NCBI GenBank assembly: GCA_047495785.1
Contig: JBLDXI010000020.1
Coordinates: 558,001 to 622,000, forward strand
DNA: 64,000 nt
From: Lepidodermella squamata
Taxonomy: Eukaryota; Animalia; Gastrotricha
Direction: 5' to 3'
The translations under genes and the position numbers were made by a program. Positions 46,880 through 61,310 of this stretch are shown one piece after another. The notes under the pieces are model-generated. The model made no database searches. It had not been told where the DNA came from and worked only from the letters and a program-made list of their open reading frames with translations. Each line of letters begins with the position of its first letter. The stretch's first letter is position 1.

Positions 46880-47978
46880 TACAGCAAAGCATTTGAATAT
46901 AACGAAACTGAAGTAAATAATAACATCTGCATGCAGTCTATAAAAAACAACAAACGTAAGGGCAAGTTGTGTATGGCAACATACTGAAATAATCAATCAA
47001 TATAGGCCGTGTCAGGGGAAAGAAACAAAAACAACGCGTTTGTCCTTATACTGCGGCGCTTGCATATTTTTCGGCGCGCGAGCTCGCGCACGGTTATTGA
47101 TTGCGCGAGGCGGTCGCTACTATACGCTATTATTATTTTCACAAGTGGCCAAGTGAAGATGGATGATGCTATGAGAGATGCAGGCTCGAATAAAACGTTT
47201 CCATTTCGTGAATAAACAGAACACATTTAACATGCATAATCAGCCAGCATCAGGCTTGTACCGAATCTGTAGTGTAATAGGGGCGAGCCGAGCAACACAG
47301 GAAACAAACAAGTCTTATAACCGCGCTGTAAGTAAGTAATGAGTAGATGCGCTATGCGAAAAAGCGCGCTCTTGGCCCGACAAGAAAAACAATGAGACAA
47401 AAGGCAAATCTGCAATAAGGTAAACAAATGGATATCTATTATTGCAAAAACAATGCATCAATAACAAAGTGAGGCGTGCGCATCTTCGCAACGCCTCGGG
47501 AGGTGTGGTGGATTTTCACTCGCATCTGCGTAAGCAAAAGCCATCGAATCAATTTGCAATGGCGTGAAGAGCTCAGTGCGATGCTCATTACCAGCAACAA
47601 ATGGCCTGTAAATTTTCTGCAAGACGTGAGTCTAAAGAGCTGCGACGTCGCTGATAATCCGTCTGACAGAGGCAGCGGAGCACATCTCACAAGCCACTAC
47701 AACGACTACGCTACCTACCTAGAACGAAACAAATTGCCACGCGATAATGTAGTGGCCTTTATCATCAGCACAGGTAAAAAACGTGTTTTTCTTGTGCGCG
47801 CGCGTGTGCTCATTCAATTTGAAAAGGCTTGAAATTTCGGCATGCTGTGAGCGTCGATGAGATGACAACAAATAATAATAGCATACGTCAACTCGCTGGC
47901 GCATGTCTCTACTGCTGAAGAGTCTTGTGGTTCGCTTTGCTGGAAATGAGAATGAAAAAGTTGACAAATGCTACATGC

Positions 47979-48009
47979 AGTAGTAGTAGTAGGTAGTAGT
48001 AGTAGTAGT
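47979..48009. repeat. (AGT)n microsatellite, interrupted
   Basis: agtagtagtagtaggtagtagtagtagtagt. Confidence 0.8.
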
Positions 48010-49605
48010 GGAAAAAGCGAGGCGAGCATCTGTATCATCTCGAGTATGTGGTCATCTACATCAGCCGAGCTAAAGGTCTTACGATGTGCATTAACGAGAG
48101 TAATGTCACCGTCAAAACAACGTGCCATTATTTGCGTGGTCGGTATCGGTAACAAAGAAATACTAAACAACATGTATGTGTGTGTGTATACAGGCGCCAA
48201 CAGCGACGGAAACGGGTAAAAAAATAGGCGACGGGCGTAGTTTAAACAGGGTCTGAAATTTCCGAAGCCAACTTGACTTGTAGCGAAATAATATTTTGTC
48301 ATCTTTGTGTCGTCGGCGTCAAGCCAGCAACAGTCAGGCGGTCTCATTCCCTTATTAGGGCAGGAGGCACGCGGACATCTGCCAAATTGGCCAAATGCAG
48401 TGTGAAAGGCTGATGTGTGCAGAAGCTGAATGTGAACGCGATTCGCACTCTTATATTATTCAGTTATTAACATCAGGGCCATTTAGTACTACATTATATA
48501 TTTCTATAACGTATGAATTTGCATGCGCCGGTACTTAGCTGTATCCCCAACGCACGAGTTCACAGAGCCAACAACAATAACATTACTATTAATTGCTCCA
48601 CGTCCGCAAACAAAATCTCACGATGCGACGAGAAATCGAACAACCTAAGCGGGCGGTGTTTGCGAAACGCCTCGCTAAGACAAAACGCCAACAAATTGAG
48701 CCATGAGATCCGCATTCTCCTATTTATTGGCGAAGATAAGAACAGTGATAGTCCTCCTTAATTCCAGCTAATGAATCATTGTTTTCCCAGTGCAGAAGAG
48801 GAGGCACAAAGTCTCGACGGCAATTCATCAGCACTAGATAACTGGACGCGTGGAGGAGTGTTGTGTACACATGAGATTATGCCGCTATCTTTCTCATTAT
48901 CAGTCCTCGTCCGCGAAGAAAATCGTGCGATAAACGCAGGGAGGGAAGACGCGAGCACACCCTCGGTTGTCGGGACAAAATCAGCTCTACATGCAGCTTT
49001 TTCAAATCAATCAATCTAGGGCAAAACTGAGTTAGTTAAAATGAGTGCTGGAAAGAAAAAAGGCGGAAAAACTTCCATGTTATTGGATTTTTTTATTTTT
49101 TTCTCTCACGATAAGCCGATGATCCCTGAATGACATGCAGAGAAAGAATGTTAAGAGCACGGGTTTTCAATATTTCTTTGCTTCTCAGAGAAACAAAATT
49201 TCATATATATCATATATGCTATTTCTCTCATCACCAGTGATCAAATGGAATAATACATTTGCACATGTTTGAAGAACGACGGCTTTAAGCTCCACAGGTG
49301 TCAAGTTTCAATCAGCGTACTAAATAATAACAACCGAAACCGCCAAAAATAGCTACGTAAAGCTGAAATTGGGCTTCACGTTCGTCACAGGATAAGAATA
49401 TTTTTAAATTTTTCAAGTGTGTATTTTATCAAGCCTAAAGAAAATCTACAATAAGTGATAACACGTCATCTTCATCGCGTCTCCGCACAATATTTATTAT
49501 TATTTTATATTTCCTCTCTCACTATCATCAGCTTAACAAGCGAATGCAGACGTCTCTTTATTCCGCGCCTTATATTGCAGTCTGTTGTTAGCATCAGCTT
49601 CAGGC

Positions 49606-52479
49606 TTACATCTTGTCGAGGAAGTTGTCCAGGGCCGGAATTTCAGCCTTGAGGCTCTTACGCTTGCGGGTGTCAAGGACGATCTGGCCGGGCTTGGTGG
49701 TCGGGTCCAACGGATCGCCTTGCATGTGCTGCCAGTGGTCGAAGACGCACTGCGGGAAGGCCTGGCCACCGGTGCCTGAGCGCAAATCGGCGGTGAAACC
49801 GAATGACTCGTTGACAGGCAAGTAGGCCTTGACGATGAACATCGGGGTTCCAGCAATGTGCGATTCCTCGAAGACGTGACCACGGCGACGATTGAGTACA
49901 CCGTAGATGCCACCGACGACGGCTTCAGGGCACTGGATCTCGACCAGGTAGATGGGCTCGAGCAGACGAGGTTCGGCGGTCAGGACCGAGGCGTAGAAGA
50001 CACGGCGAGCGGTCGGGATGATCTGGCTGCCACCGCGATGGATAGCATCAGCGTGAAGGGTGACATCAGTCAAATCGAAGCGTACACCACGCATGTTCTC
50101 ATCGGCGAGGACACCTTCCTTCGAGGCCCACTGGAAGCCACCGACAACGGAGTCCTTGATTTCGTTCAGGTACTGAACACCCTTGGTGACGTCGACGACA
50201 ATGTTCGGGCCGTTCTGCTCGGGGCCGAAGCACCAGACCTTACGGGCTTCGGTGACGTCGTAACCGAACTTCTCGCTCAAAATGCGAGCGCGGTTCTTAA
50301 GATCTTGATTGGGGAAGATTTCACCCTATGGGAAAAGTCAAAGTAAAAACTACAGTTTGACAACAAAATCTATATTATACCTTGTCAATGTCCTCGGGAA
50401 GACCCTCGGGCATGGGAACGGCCTTCATGAACAGACGGTTGTGCTTGTTCGGCGACTTGGCCAAGCAAACTTGGTTGGATTCAGCCGAAACGGTTTCACG
50501 GTAAGAGACGACAGGGTCCGAAACCTTGATTGGGACGCAAGCGTGATCTTCTTCCAAGTCCTTCAAGCAGATTTCCAAATGCAACTCGCCGGCACCGGCA
50601 ATGATGTGTTGGCCGGACTCTTCGATTTGACATTGGACCATAGGATCGGACTTCGAGAGGCGCTTAAGACCTTCGACCAGCTTGGGCAAGTCAGCGGGGT
50701 TCTTGCACTCGACGGCGACACGCACGACGGGGCTGACACTGAACTTCATGACACGCATGTTGTGGGCATCCTTGAAGGTGGTGATGGTACCAGTCTTGAC
50801 GAGGTACTGATCGACACCGACCAGACCGCAAATGTTACCGCATGGAATATCGGGGATAGACTCAGTGTAACGACCCATCATCAGGACGGTGCGCTGGATG
50901 CTCTTTTCGTACAAGTCATCCTTCTTGCCGGGCGCGTAGTTCGGGCCCATGATGCGGACCTTCTGGCCAGTGCCGACAATACCAGAGAAGACACGACCGA
51001 ACGCGTAGAAACGACCCTTATCCGAAGTCGGTACCATCTTGGAGATGTACATCATAAGCGGGGCGTTCGGGTCGCAGTTCTTGACACCAAGCGCAGCCTC
51101 GTCATCGAGCGGGCCCTCGTACAAAAGCTCCATACGGTACCTTTGGGCCGTGACGGGCGATGGCAAGTTGATGGTGATCATCTGGAGCAGAGTCTCACCA
51201 GCGGGCAGCCAGCGGCGCATGACAACCTGAAAAGACCATGCTTGAATTATATATAACTTTGATGAAAACATTAATACGCACCTTCAGCAAATCCTTGGCT
51301 TGCAGATCCTTCTCCTCGGTGTTCAGCTTGACACCCATCTTTTCGATAAGAGCCAGGGCTTCATCGTGGGGCTTCTGCATGCAAGTGTTGAAGATCTTGT
51401 AGATCGGCTCCAACACGTACAAGACGAAACCACGCTTAGCGTCACCAGTCTTTTCGCTAGCCCACTTCTTGGTAGCGGGATCGTAGAACTGATCACCCCA
51501 GAAGCGACGCATAAGCTTCTGTGGCTCGATCTTGAACTTGGTAGCGTACATTTCAGCAAAGTTCTTCAGGGTGAAGGCCCAGCTCTGAAGACCTGAACCG
51601 AAACCGACAGTGCCTGTACCAGGATCGACCTGAATTTCACCCATCGGACCACCATCCTCACCATAGGTGGCGATGATGACGTTGACGTTTTCGACGATGC
51701 GAACGAAGTTCTGGTACAGAGCCTCAGGATCAAGCTGAAGAGTAAGCAGGGCCAAGTCCATCTTGTTCATGAAAAGGACAGGCTTGATACGCTCACCAAT
51801 AGCCTGACGCAAGACGGTTTCAGTCTGGACACAGACACCTGCATAAACGATCGGCAAGTTGAGCTACTATAATAAACATCTGAAGTGTTACAATTTACCT
51901 GAAACGCAATCAACGACGACCAGGGCACCATCGGTGCATCGTAGCGCAGCAGTAACCTCAGACGAGAAGTCGACGTGTCCGGGCGAATCAATCAGATTGA
52001 TCAAGAAAGCCTTGCTATCAGGAGCACGTTCCTGCTTGACGTAAGTCAAATCCTCATCGCTCAACTCGTAGTACAGCGTAACTCCCCTAACAAAAACAAA
52101 AATAAAAAATAGCCAGAGAAGCAAATATAATTAACATACGTCGACTTGATGGTAATACAACGCTCCTGTTCGTCAGCACGAGTATCAGTGAAACGAGCAT
52201 TACCAGCGTTCTTCTCGGCAATAATACCGGCCTTCTGGACCAACGAATCAGTCAGGGTAGACTTTCCGTGATCGACGTGGGCAATGACGGACATGTTGCG
52301 GATGTTCGTCCGCTTGTCCATGATAGCACGGATTTCTTCGACGGTGAAGTTGACCTGGTTAGAGACATTTGATCAATTAAAAACTTGAAGCCAAGTCAGA
52401 TGTCATTAATAAAAACTGTACTGGCAACGGCCGAGCACAGTTACAAAAGGTATTAGTGAATGAAAGTATTACTCACCAT
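49606..52479 (-). CDS. EEF2: Eukaryotic elongation factor 2, 6 coding exons
   Basis: ATG|intron|VNFTVEEIR; AHVDHGKST; [12 protein letters not shown]; diphthamide loop [10 protein letters not shown]; introns 52355-52476, 52087-52139, 51839-51898, 51227-51281, 50326-50380. Confidence 0.99.
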
Positions 52480-55400
52480 TTTCCTCTGCTAACAAATCTG
52501 CTTCTGTGAATGAATACCAATAGTGAATTTCCGCTCTACTGCGAGACGCTAACTTAAGAGTGACAAGCACGATGGAAGGTGGCTTAAAAAATGCGTAGCC
52601 GAGCGCGTGGCCGGCTGTTTTTTGCGACCTCCAAACCATCGAATACCATATTTTTTATAACTTGATTTTTGAATAAAATAATTACATAATTAATATTTGT
52701 TAAAATTTTGCCGCAGTGGATTTGCGCCCGGATTTTTTTAATTATTGAAAACTTTGAAACAAGCTCTTCGCACCGTTTGGAGTGAACGCATGCCAAAGAA
52801 AGACCTGAATGAGCACAAAACCCCATCGTTTTAACACTGCTGCGCTGCTGGACGAAGGCCAAGTTGTTTATACTACCCGATATTTACGTGAGGGGCAATG
52901 TGTGGGGCTCGCCTTCTTGTGTGAACTAGCATCGCCGTTGATTGTTGATTGTTTGACGTTAAACTTAGTACTACGTTTTCCACACGCACCAAGTCAGCTT
53001 CCTGCGGGCTGGAAGCCCTGCTCATCTTCCATAGGAAAGCCCATATGCGAGCCACGAGCCGCGGGGTTGGAACTTCGCTGCAGCGTGAAAATCATGGTTG
53101 TTTTCTTTCGAAATGACGCAGCTTAGATATGCCTTAACTGCAGTGCGCTTTGAAAACTATTTGCCTCGGCTCTCCTTGAACCCGATGCGCTTTCTGCTCC
53201 CTGCTCACTCTGATAACCAACAGGACCCACTGCCTACATTCTGCCCCTGCCGTTTAGTCTCTGCGCTCTGCGCATTTGTGTCTCGCTGTTCATCGTTCAT
53301 CGCCCATCTACCTCCTTCTAGACTCTTACTGGGATCTCTCAATGGAAGGGCCAGATATTGTGATAGAGATATAGTAATAGGAGCAGTTAGTTTCAAAATT
53401 TGTACTGATTCGGCGCAGAGCTTAGGCAATGATCTGACAAGAATTTCTGCGTTATTTTTCTTACTAATTGCTGATAGATACAGCGAACGGTAAATATGGC
53501 CCATGGCTGATTGACCGAGATGTCATGCAATGCTTTTTCTTAGGCTTTAGGCTTGCGCTGAATTGATGGGCTAGTCTGCATGTGTAGTCCAGTGGGGGTA
53601 AATTATGAATTTAATTTGATTTTTATATTCCTTTGCCGGTTGTAGGCCGATTGCTATAGTGTCAGTTTCGACGTGCCCGTTAATCGTTATTTAGGGCGTA
53701 AAACTCATTCCGCTAACCGCGAACAAAAATTAGTCACAATGACATACACCACGCCCGTGAATGGCGAGGGCTCCTATTTACCGTGGTCGCACTCACCAGT
53801 GTTGGGGTTTCAGGGTTGAACGCAGCGCGATTGCTCAACCCGCCACTTGTGCATTGTTTAACTTGGCAGAGCTTATTTCACTAGATCCAAACCAAGCTTG
53901 GCGTCTTCGAGCAGAGCATCAGTGTGTTGCAGCAACTTGTTACAGCAATTTTATATTTCATTACATATATCTCATTTGCTCAAACTCTTATGGCGCGCCT
54001 GGCGCACATGAGCTCATCGTTAAATTATAAAAGCAACTCTAATCTATCATTTCGACCGTTTTAAAAATAGTCATTTTCTCGCAGTTTAATGGTATAGGAC
54101 AAACCAGTTTTTCCAAGCATTATTAGGTAGTTCGCATTTCTTTTTTTAGTGAATTCTGCTCATCTCTTGCGAGTGGGCTCAGTAACTCGTTGTTAGAATT
54201 TATATTCCAGCCACAATCTTTCAAGACTACGCAAATAAACTATATTGCTGCCCATTTGCTGAGGACGTAACATTTGGAAAATCGCATTCCAGTTTATTTT
54301 CAAATTTTAGCGTCGATATGAGATATGACTCAATATCGCGACCAATTTTGATACATATGTGTAATTGAGCGCATATCATGCGTGAATGCCCATACTTATG
54401 CAAAGCGTCGTCGATAGTTCGCTGCCCTGTTCTTTTGCTATGGCTAGATACTAGCAGATACTGCATGGTATTTAATGATGTGAGTAGACTCCCCCGGCAG
54501 TTGCGTTCTATTTTGCGCTGCGCATCACTGTATTAGATTGCGGTTTATTCATGTTTAGGTGATCGGCTAGTGTGATTTTGGTCGCGTCTTTGTTTTGGAT
54601 CATCCTCTTTTGTCTCTAAATTACATGGTATTACACGCGAACGTGTTGACAGAAGTCAATATTCGCCTTGCGCATGGGGCTGCCACTTCCTATACACAGA
54701 AGTGTGATGTTCGCGAACATAGCTTTTGGTGAGCATGCTGCACTAGTCCTATTGGCTCAGCCGCTTGGGCCTAACTCTCGATAAATGCGCATATGTCGAT
54801 CCATCTTCTTTTCTGGCCGCAGATATAGCTTGATGCTGCGTAACAACTTACTCTGCTCGTCTTCTTGCCATCAGCACTGCCTCATTATCATCCACATTAA
54901 TAATGCCTTGGCTATATTGATGTCATCCATCCACTTTAATTTTTTTAAAGAAAATTGACCATGTACATTTACGAAGTATCGTTCATTTGCTACTTATTAG
55001 CTAAAAAGGCTATTTCCAGCATTCTCATTTTTCTAGCGTTATGCTCGGCACCACTCTTTATTTTGATCGATATTTTTTCTCTGTTTTAGTTGATAATGAT
55101 AATGCGTAATGGGCGGTGGCCAACGCTGGGGTGGGCTATCCTGCGATTTGCTGATACTTGAAATAGCGGATAATGTGCACACAAGTCGCTGGTTGGTGTA
55201 CGCTCCCTCACTGGCGCGTTGGCACCGGATTTCAGCTGATTTATTTAGGCTCCGTATTTATTTAGCTAGGCGTTATTTTAAAGTTGATTGATGCGAAACA
55301 GGAATACACGATATATATCTTCAAGCATTCCTGCTGCTGCCGCTAAACACTTTAAATGCCCTCGCGCCTCTTAGCGCGCATATATTTGCTGCTTGTGCGT

Positions 55401-55624
55401 ATTTTTTCTTCGTCCATTTTGACAGCATGTTGCTGATAGCTTTTTCGGGTGTTTATTTGTATTTCGCTGCAAAGCGCGCTTCCAACTACGGTCGATCGCG
55501 TTCAAGCCGCTACATCTCGCTGCGCACAACAGAGGCAACAAACTACTTTTTCGCACATATTTGCACCTGAAATTTTTGATTTCTCACCTTTTACTAGAAA
55601 TATTATTAGTACCAGTGGTATGGT

Positions 55625-56572
55625 ATGGACAATTCGTCTAAAAGCAATGGAAGATCAAGTGGCAGAATTTCGGGTCCTCTGATTGACATATCATCTTCTT
55701 CCCCAGATTCGTTGCCCGTTGCGACGATATCTCCAAATGCTGTCAGAAATCGGATCGGTGCTAGTCCTAGTCCTAGTCCTAGTGACAATAAAAGCAATAA
55801 TGCTCAACAGCAACAAAATGCCTCATCTTTCATCGGGTCAGTCCTGGCACCTCCCAGTCGCCCTACTTCAGGCGTTCCCGGCACAGTGCAGCGGTCATCG
55901 TCGGCGATAACCACATCATCCAGCGGAAAAGTCACATCCCCCAATACCACTAATGTGATTGAGCGGCACTTGGTGCGGCGCACTTACGAGGAACAGTCTA
56001 CTACGACGCGTCATGTGGCGGTCGGGTCGCGACTCGCCGCCGATACCTCGCCCGAGGGCAGCTCAGCAGACATCGTGTCTGAAAATTTCGACTCGCTCAG
56101 CCTTCAGCTATCGCCCCGTTTAAACCGCCGTAATAATCCTCGCCATCCCTCATCCACAGTGCCGTCAACCCCTATTCGTCTCTCTCACTCCCTACCCCAA
56201 CACCAGGCTGATTTGATGAGTCTTCAGGGCGACTCTTCTGAGTCAAAATCAGGTAACCAATATGATCCGGCTATGCAGCTGCAAGCCGAACTGAAACGGA
56301 CCCTAGAATCGTCCAGTTCAACTTTCACGTCTCTGGTCGATCTATCTGCCCCGGTACCTAAATGGAAACGCGCCATGTCGCTGCCTCAGAATGACTTCCA
56401 AAAGGCTATGTGCCATCGCGCCGTAGCCAAGTCACTTGCGCAAAATATCAGATCGGCCCTCCGAACATCACCATCGGCTATCAAAGAAGCGCTAGCTCCG
56501 GGAGAGCTACAACCGCCCATTTACGAGCAGGTTGTGCTTGAACAACAGCCGCAGGAACCTTCCCCAAAGCAG

Positions 56573-56607
<35 letters not shown>

Positions 56608-59513
56608 AAATTCTCAAAATACCAATGAAGGCAAACTAATATCTCCTCAAATGTCACCTTCGATGAACGACAATCGCGATAAAAATCTAAATGATCTAGA
56701 AGATATCTGGGTTTTAAGGTGGGTGATTTGTAGCCATATATCGCAATATTTTATCGTTTCAATCCATAGAGAGACTTACGTCGAGAAGCTGGAAGATGCC
56801 GATCGGCAATGGAAGGCTCAACAAATTGTCGAAGAGCAGAATGAAAGGCGATTGCACCAAGAGACTTCGAGGCGGAGTAATTTTCTAAAAATTCAAGTTT
56901 TACTTCATTTAATGAGTTTTAAATGATTTATAGTGGCCGAGTTCGCTAAAACCAGGCAAGATCACCCGGCTGGCTTCGATGAAGTCAGTTTTGCTTCTGC
57001 GTTAAGCACCTCGAATGTGCGGAGGTCTTCTCAAGATTCGAATGGTGATCAAAGGCAGGTTCAAACGTCCCATATAAGCTCTAGCTCGGGTGTCGATGCT
57101 TCAACGTCGCGGTCTTTCAATGATTCGATGGGAGGCGGGGCGTCTAACTCGCACTCTAGATTACGTAATGAAGCGAGTGGGAATTCCCGTTCCTATCATC
57201 AGCAAAACCATCGTAATGCTTACAGCCATCCACCCGAGGACGGCTCCGATTATTCAGATCGCGAGGAAGAGCAAGGGGAAGAACAGCCCTCATTATTACG
57301 CCCGTTTAGTAATCTCTTAGCCGGTCGGAAAGGTGCATATTCAAAAGTTCCGACTTTGAATGAGCAATCTCCGACGAATCATCGTCAACAAAGCCCACGA
57401 CAGTACTCTTCGTCTTCATCTTCATCTCAACAGACCCACCAGTCTTCCAATTATAATAATCGATCCGGCTACGGCCAAGACCGGCGGCGCAGCTCTAGTG
57501 ACCGACCTAATAACCATTCTGTTGATCAACTTGAAGCGGAATATTTGCAAGAAGAAGCCCCTCCGCCTCAGCGGCGCAACCCTGAAGATTACGACACCGA
57601 TGAAGAAACAGATAAACTACTTGAAAAGGGCTATCAAAGCCAGCGGCAGATACAGCTTCCAGAACTGGCTGAACACGCTTTGAGCTCAAAGCAGAAAGTT
57701 TCGATGAAAGAAGGTCAGTTCTCTTTGATTTCTTTACATCACTCTTTTTATTTCGAGTATACGGCGCATTTACTACATTTGATGCTTTGTGTATTTTTAT
57801 TCGCTCTTGCTGATCCTATATTTGATTAAATAATTCGGTGAGTTGAGTCGTAATTAGCCGGGAATAGGGTCTACATATATATACGTATATATCGCATTGC
57901 GAAGTGGCGAGGGGCTTTTGTTGTGCTTTGGCCGTGATATTTCATGAGATCATCTGTTGACCAGTCGTTCATTCACTCATTTGATTTCCATCGCTCTGAT
58001 GTAGCGCACATGTGGCTGTGCCATATGTCGCGTTGCCGCTCAGTTCTATCCTTGTCGTGCTTATATTCTGTTGTCTCATTTATTCTAGAATTACACAAAT
58101 TAAAACATCAACGCACGTTTGATAAAAAAATCGTAGCCTATTTATGAAAATAATTATTTAAAAAATGCTAATTAATTTTATAATTTTTATTCAGTGCGAC
58201 TCGCTGATCCTGATCATCCTTCAGTATTATTGGAGGGTGTGCTGTTTCGATGTCGTTACCTCGGCTCAACTCAATTGGTCTCGGATTCGCAGCCGACGAA
58301 GGCGGTGCGGATGATGCAGGCACAGGAGGCGGTTGGGCGTATTAAGGCGCCATTTGGCGAGCCACAGCCAAGCACCGAGGTCGACTTATTTATCTCGTTT
58401 GAAAAAGTGATGGTGCTGAGCACTAATTTACAAGACATAATAATGGACCATGCTCTCAAAACCATTTCTTACGTTGCTGATCTCGAAGATGTTGTTGTGC
58501 TGATGACACGGCGGCGACAGCTGCCCGAATCGAACCCGGCCGGTCTCGCGTCTTCATCGGCGCGCGGCCCCCAGATCAAAATGTTGTGCCATGTTTTCGA
58601 GTGCGAGGATGCCCATCACATATCAGACGCCATAGGCGAGGCGTTTCATCTCGCCTATATGGCCTTCTTGCGCGCCAATGGCATCGAGGACCCGTCCGCC
58701 CTGCGAGAAGTTGACATGGGTGAGGAGAACATCGGGCCTCAGGACATATTTAACGACGACTTGCCGCGATTTGTTGACAAAAACCACCAGCGTGATGTTG
58801 TCGTTAGCAAAACGCGCGGTGAAGCGCTCGGTATTGTTGTCGTCGAGTCGGGCTGGGGTTCCGTCATTCCGACTGTTGTTGTGGCTAATATGCTTCCAAC
58901 GGGCCCCGCCGCCCGGTCTGGGCAGCTAAACATTGGCGATCAATTGCTTTCAGTGAATGGCATATCTTTGGTCGGTCTGCCGATGACCAGCTGTCAAAAT
59001 TATATTAAGGCGGCTAAAAACCAGACAGCTGTTCGCATAACTCTTATTCGATGCCCGCCGGTCACAGAAGTGCTGATAAAGCGTCCAGATGTATGTCTTA
59101 TATTCATGAGTGATTTCATAAGCCTCTCATATTTCAATCTGAAAACAGGTCAAATATCAACTTGGATTTTCTGTTCACAATGGCATCGTAAGAAACATTG
59201 CCATCATTAATTGACAGCTTTAACATTTCCATTCAATTTTACAGATTTGCAGCCTGCTGAGAGGAGGTATCGCCGAACGCGGAGGTGTCAGAGTAGGACA
59301 CCGCATAATCGAAATTAACGGCGAGTCGGTTGTTGCCGTTTCGCATGATCGAATTGTGAATTTGCTATCCAGTTCTATCGGAGAGGTAAGAGTGCCTGTG
59401 ATTGACTTATGCGCTAATTAAATTAACTATGTTTTCGACAGATACGCATGAAAACAATGCCCATGAGCATTTTCCGGCTGTTGACGGGCCAAGACGTCCC
59501 GAACTACATCTGA
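55625..59513 (+). CDS. APBA1: Mint/X11/LIN-10 adaptor (PTB + 2 PDZ), multi-exon
   Basis: CASK-binding EDIWVLR; [35 protein letters not shown]; [15 protein letters not shown]; [26 protein letters not shown]; ends [11 protein letters not shown]. Confidence 0.95.
56569..56607 (+). repeat. CAG/CAA poly-glutamine tract in Mint
   Basis: 13 consecutive Gln codons. Confidence 0.9.
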
Positions 59514-60147
59514 CGCGCTGTATTGATCTTATTTGTTACTTACTATCACCTCTCGACTAATTTATGTTGATCTGACTTGCCCTCCAGCCGTTGATGCGCG
59601 GATCCGTGAATTTTTATTTGTTCGAGAAGTTAAATGCGCGCTGAAAGGTCTTTATCAATTGCTATTTAAGTGATATTATTGCTGGTTACACGTTTTAATT
59701 CGCTATTGTTAATATTTATGACTAAAATGTCCGATTACGGCGTCCCTTTAGCAGTTGTAACTGACCATCTCCACATTGTGTTCTCGGCGCCTTCGATGCT
59801 AGTCGAATTAAACAGCCTTATCGTCTGTACAAAGAAGTGAATTTTCTCAGGTTGTATTGCGTGCTGTATCCTGAATCTTCTAATCATGTATACTAACTTC
59901 ACAAAATAACTCGTGCTCTGGATCACTGGTCAAGAAAAAAGGCTAATTATATTTGTACGTATAAATCCGAGTTTTAAATGATGATGATTGAATTATCTGT
60001 TCTGTTAATATCTTTTGACAGTGTTTGTTTCCGGTAAATTTGAAAGAAAAAAGGAAAAGAAAGGATGAAACACGCCTAATAAAATGTTTTGTCAGCCTCC
60101 TGTTTTATGACCCACCAACTAACTCTTATACAACGAATACATGCTAG

Positions 60148-61310
60148 ATGTCAGCTTTTAACGATCTGTCCTTCGATTTCACTGAGCTATACGCCTTGAA
60201 AAAGCTTGCTTTACAGCTGTTTGATGAAGCGCAGTTTTACAAGGCTGGCACAGAGAGAAACGAGTCGACAGTCCATCAGTTGCTGAAAGAGAAGCTCGAA
60301 ATGCAGCTGCTGATGGATGCAATGGCCGATGAAAAGAATAGAGCCAATGCCGACAACAGCATGGCTGATAGTGAGAAGCAGCTATTACTGAAGAGCATAG
60401 CAGTGTTGGAAGATGGAAATGTAAGGCGACTGATTACAAATAATCAAGATGGATAATCAATCGAAAATTTATTTTGAAGAAACAGCAAAAGCTGACTATT
60501 CAAGAGCTTCAAGCCCAGATTCCTAATTTCAAGCGAGATCTGAAAAGCAGCGAAGTAATGACTTGTGATCCCATTTTAAATTTTTTTTCCATAAACATTT
60601 GAAAATAATTTAGCTTCAACGCTTTCAACTTCAAGCCCAACTAGCTGATGCGAGAAGGTAATACAAATTGAATCCACACTGCTATCAATATGTTATGTTG
60701 TAAACTTCAAGTCGATTGGAATTGGAAATGCAAGGCCGAAAACAAATCACCGAGCAAATCTCAACTGTGAACCGAGTATTGGTCGAATTGCGAAATAACC
60801 AATCTCAGATAGTTTCTTCTTTAGAGCTGAACGAGCGAGAAGGTCTGTTCAAATTACTTCAAAATTTCGCACGGCTAAAAGATACATATTATTCTTATCA
60901 GTTAATGAAGCGTGCTCTGTCTATCGCCAACTTGCTTTGCGTAACAAGTTTCTCGAGGCTTCTCTGGTTGAGTCGAGGGAAATTATCTCAAACCTTCGTA
61001 AACGAACGCTTGGAGATGAGACCTGTAACTCTTCACAAGCTCCAATGCTTCAATCTATCTTACCCCAGGCTAAATCTGACGAGCGATTAAATGCAGTATG
61101 TAATTTTTCTCCTTGCTCATAACTCGATCATCATGCATTAAATTACAGGTCGAATTGAAATACCAAAAATTGCAACAAGAATTGTCCGCTGAGCGTAAGA
61201 GATATCAAGAACTCCTAGATTCTCTCGCGTCGGTTTCAGAGTTGAACGAACAGCTATCTTCTGCTAAAGACAAAGCCGAAGCGGCGTTGAAGGAACATTT
61301 AGCAAGCTGA
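60148..61310 (+). CDS. Coiled-coil protein resembling CCDC73, 6 exons
   Basis: Five phase-consistent short introns give a continuous coiled coil; KQLLLKSIAVLED and EREVNEACSVYRQLALRNKFLEA recall the CCDC73 N-terminal region. Confidence 0.6.

Noticed and set aside
46993-49019. Short ORFs upstream of the LRR gene
   Set aside because: Simple-repeat-containing, no homology evident; likely regulatory or UTR sequence.
49858-51596. Long plus-strand ORFs (315, 162 and 98 aa) opposite eEF2
   Set aside because: Antisense shadows of a strongly codon-biased gene.
52936-53100. tRNA-derived SINE or tRNA on the minus strand (GTTCCAACCC, AACAATC tail)
   Set aside because: No A box or cloverleaf; cannot be supported without a copy-number search.
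156-59513. unc-13, Mint and SLC18B1 as a presynaptic gene cluster
   Set aside because: Separated by ~45 kb of unrelated genes; co-occurrence is plausible by chance in a gene-dense window.
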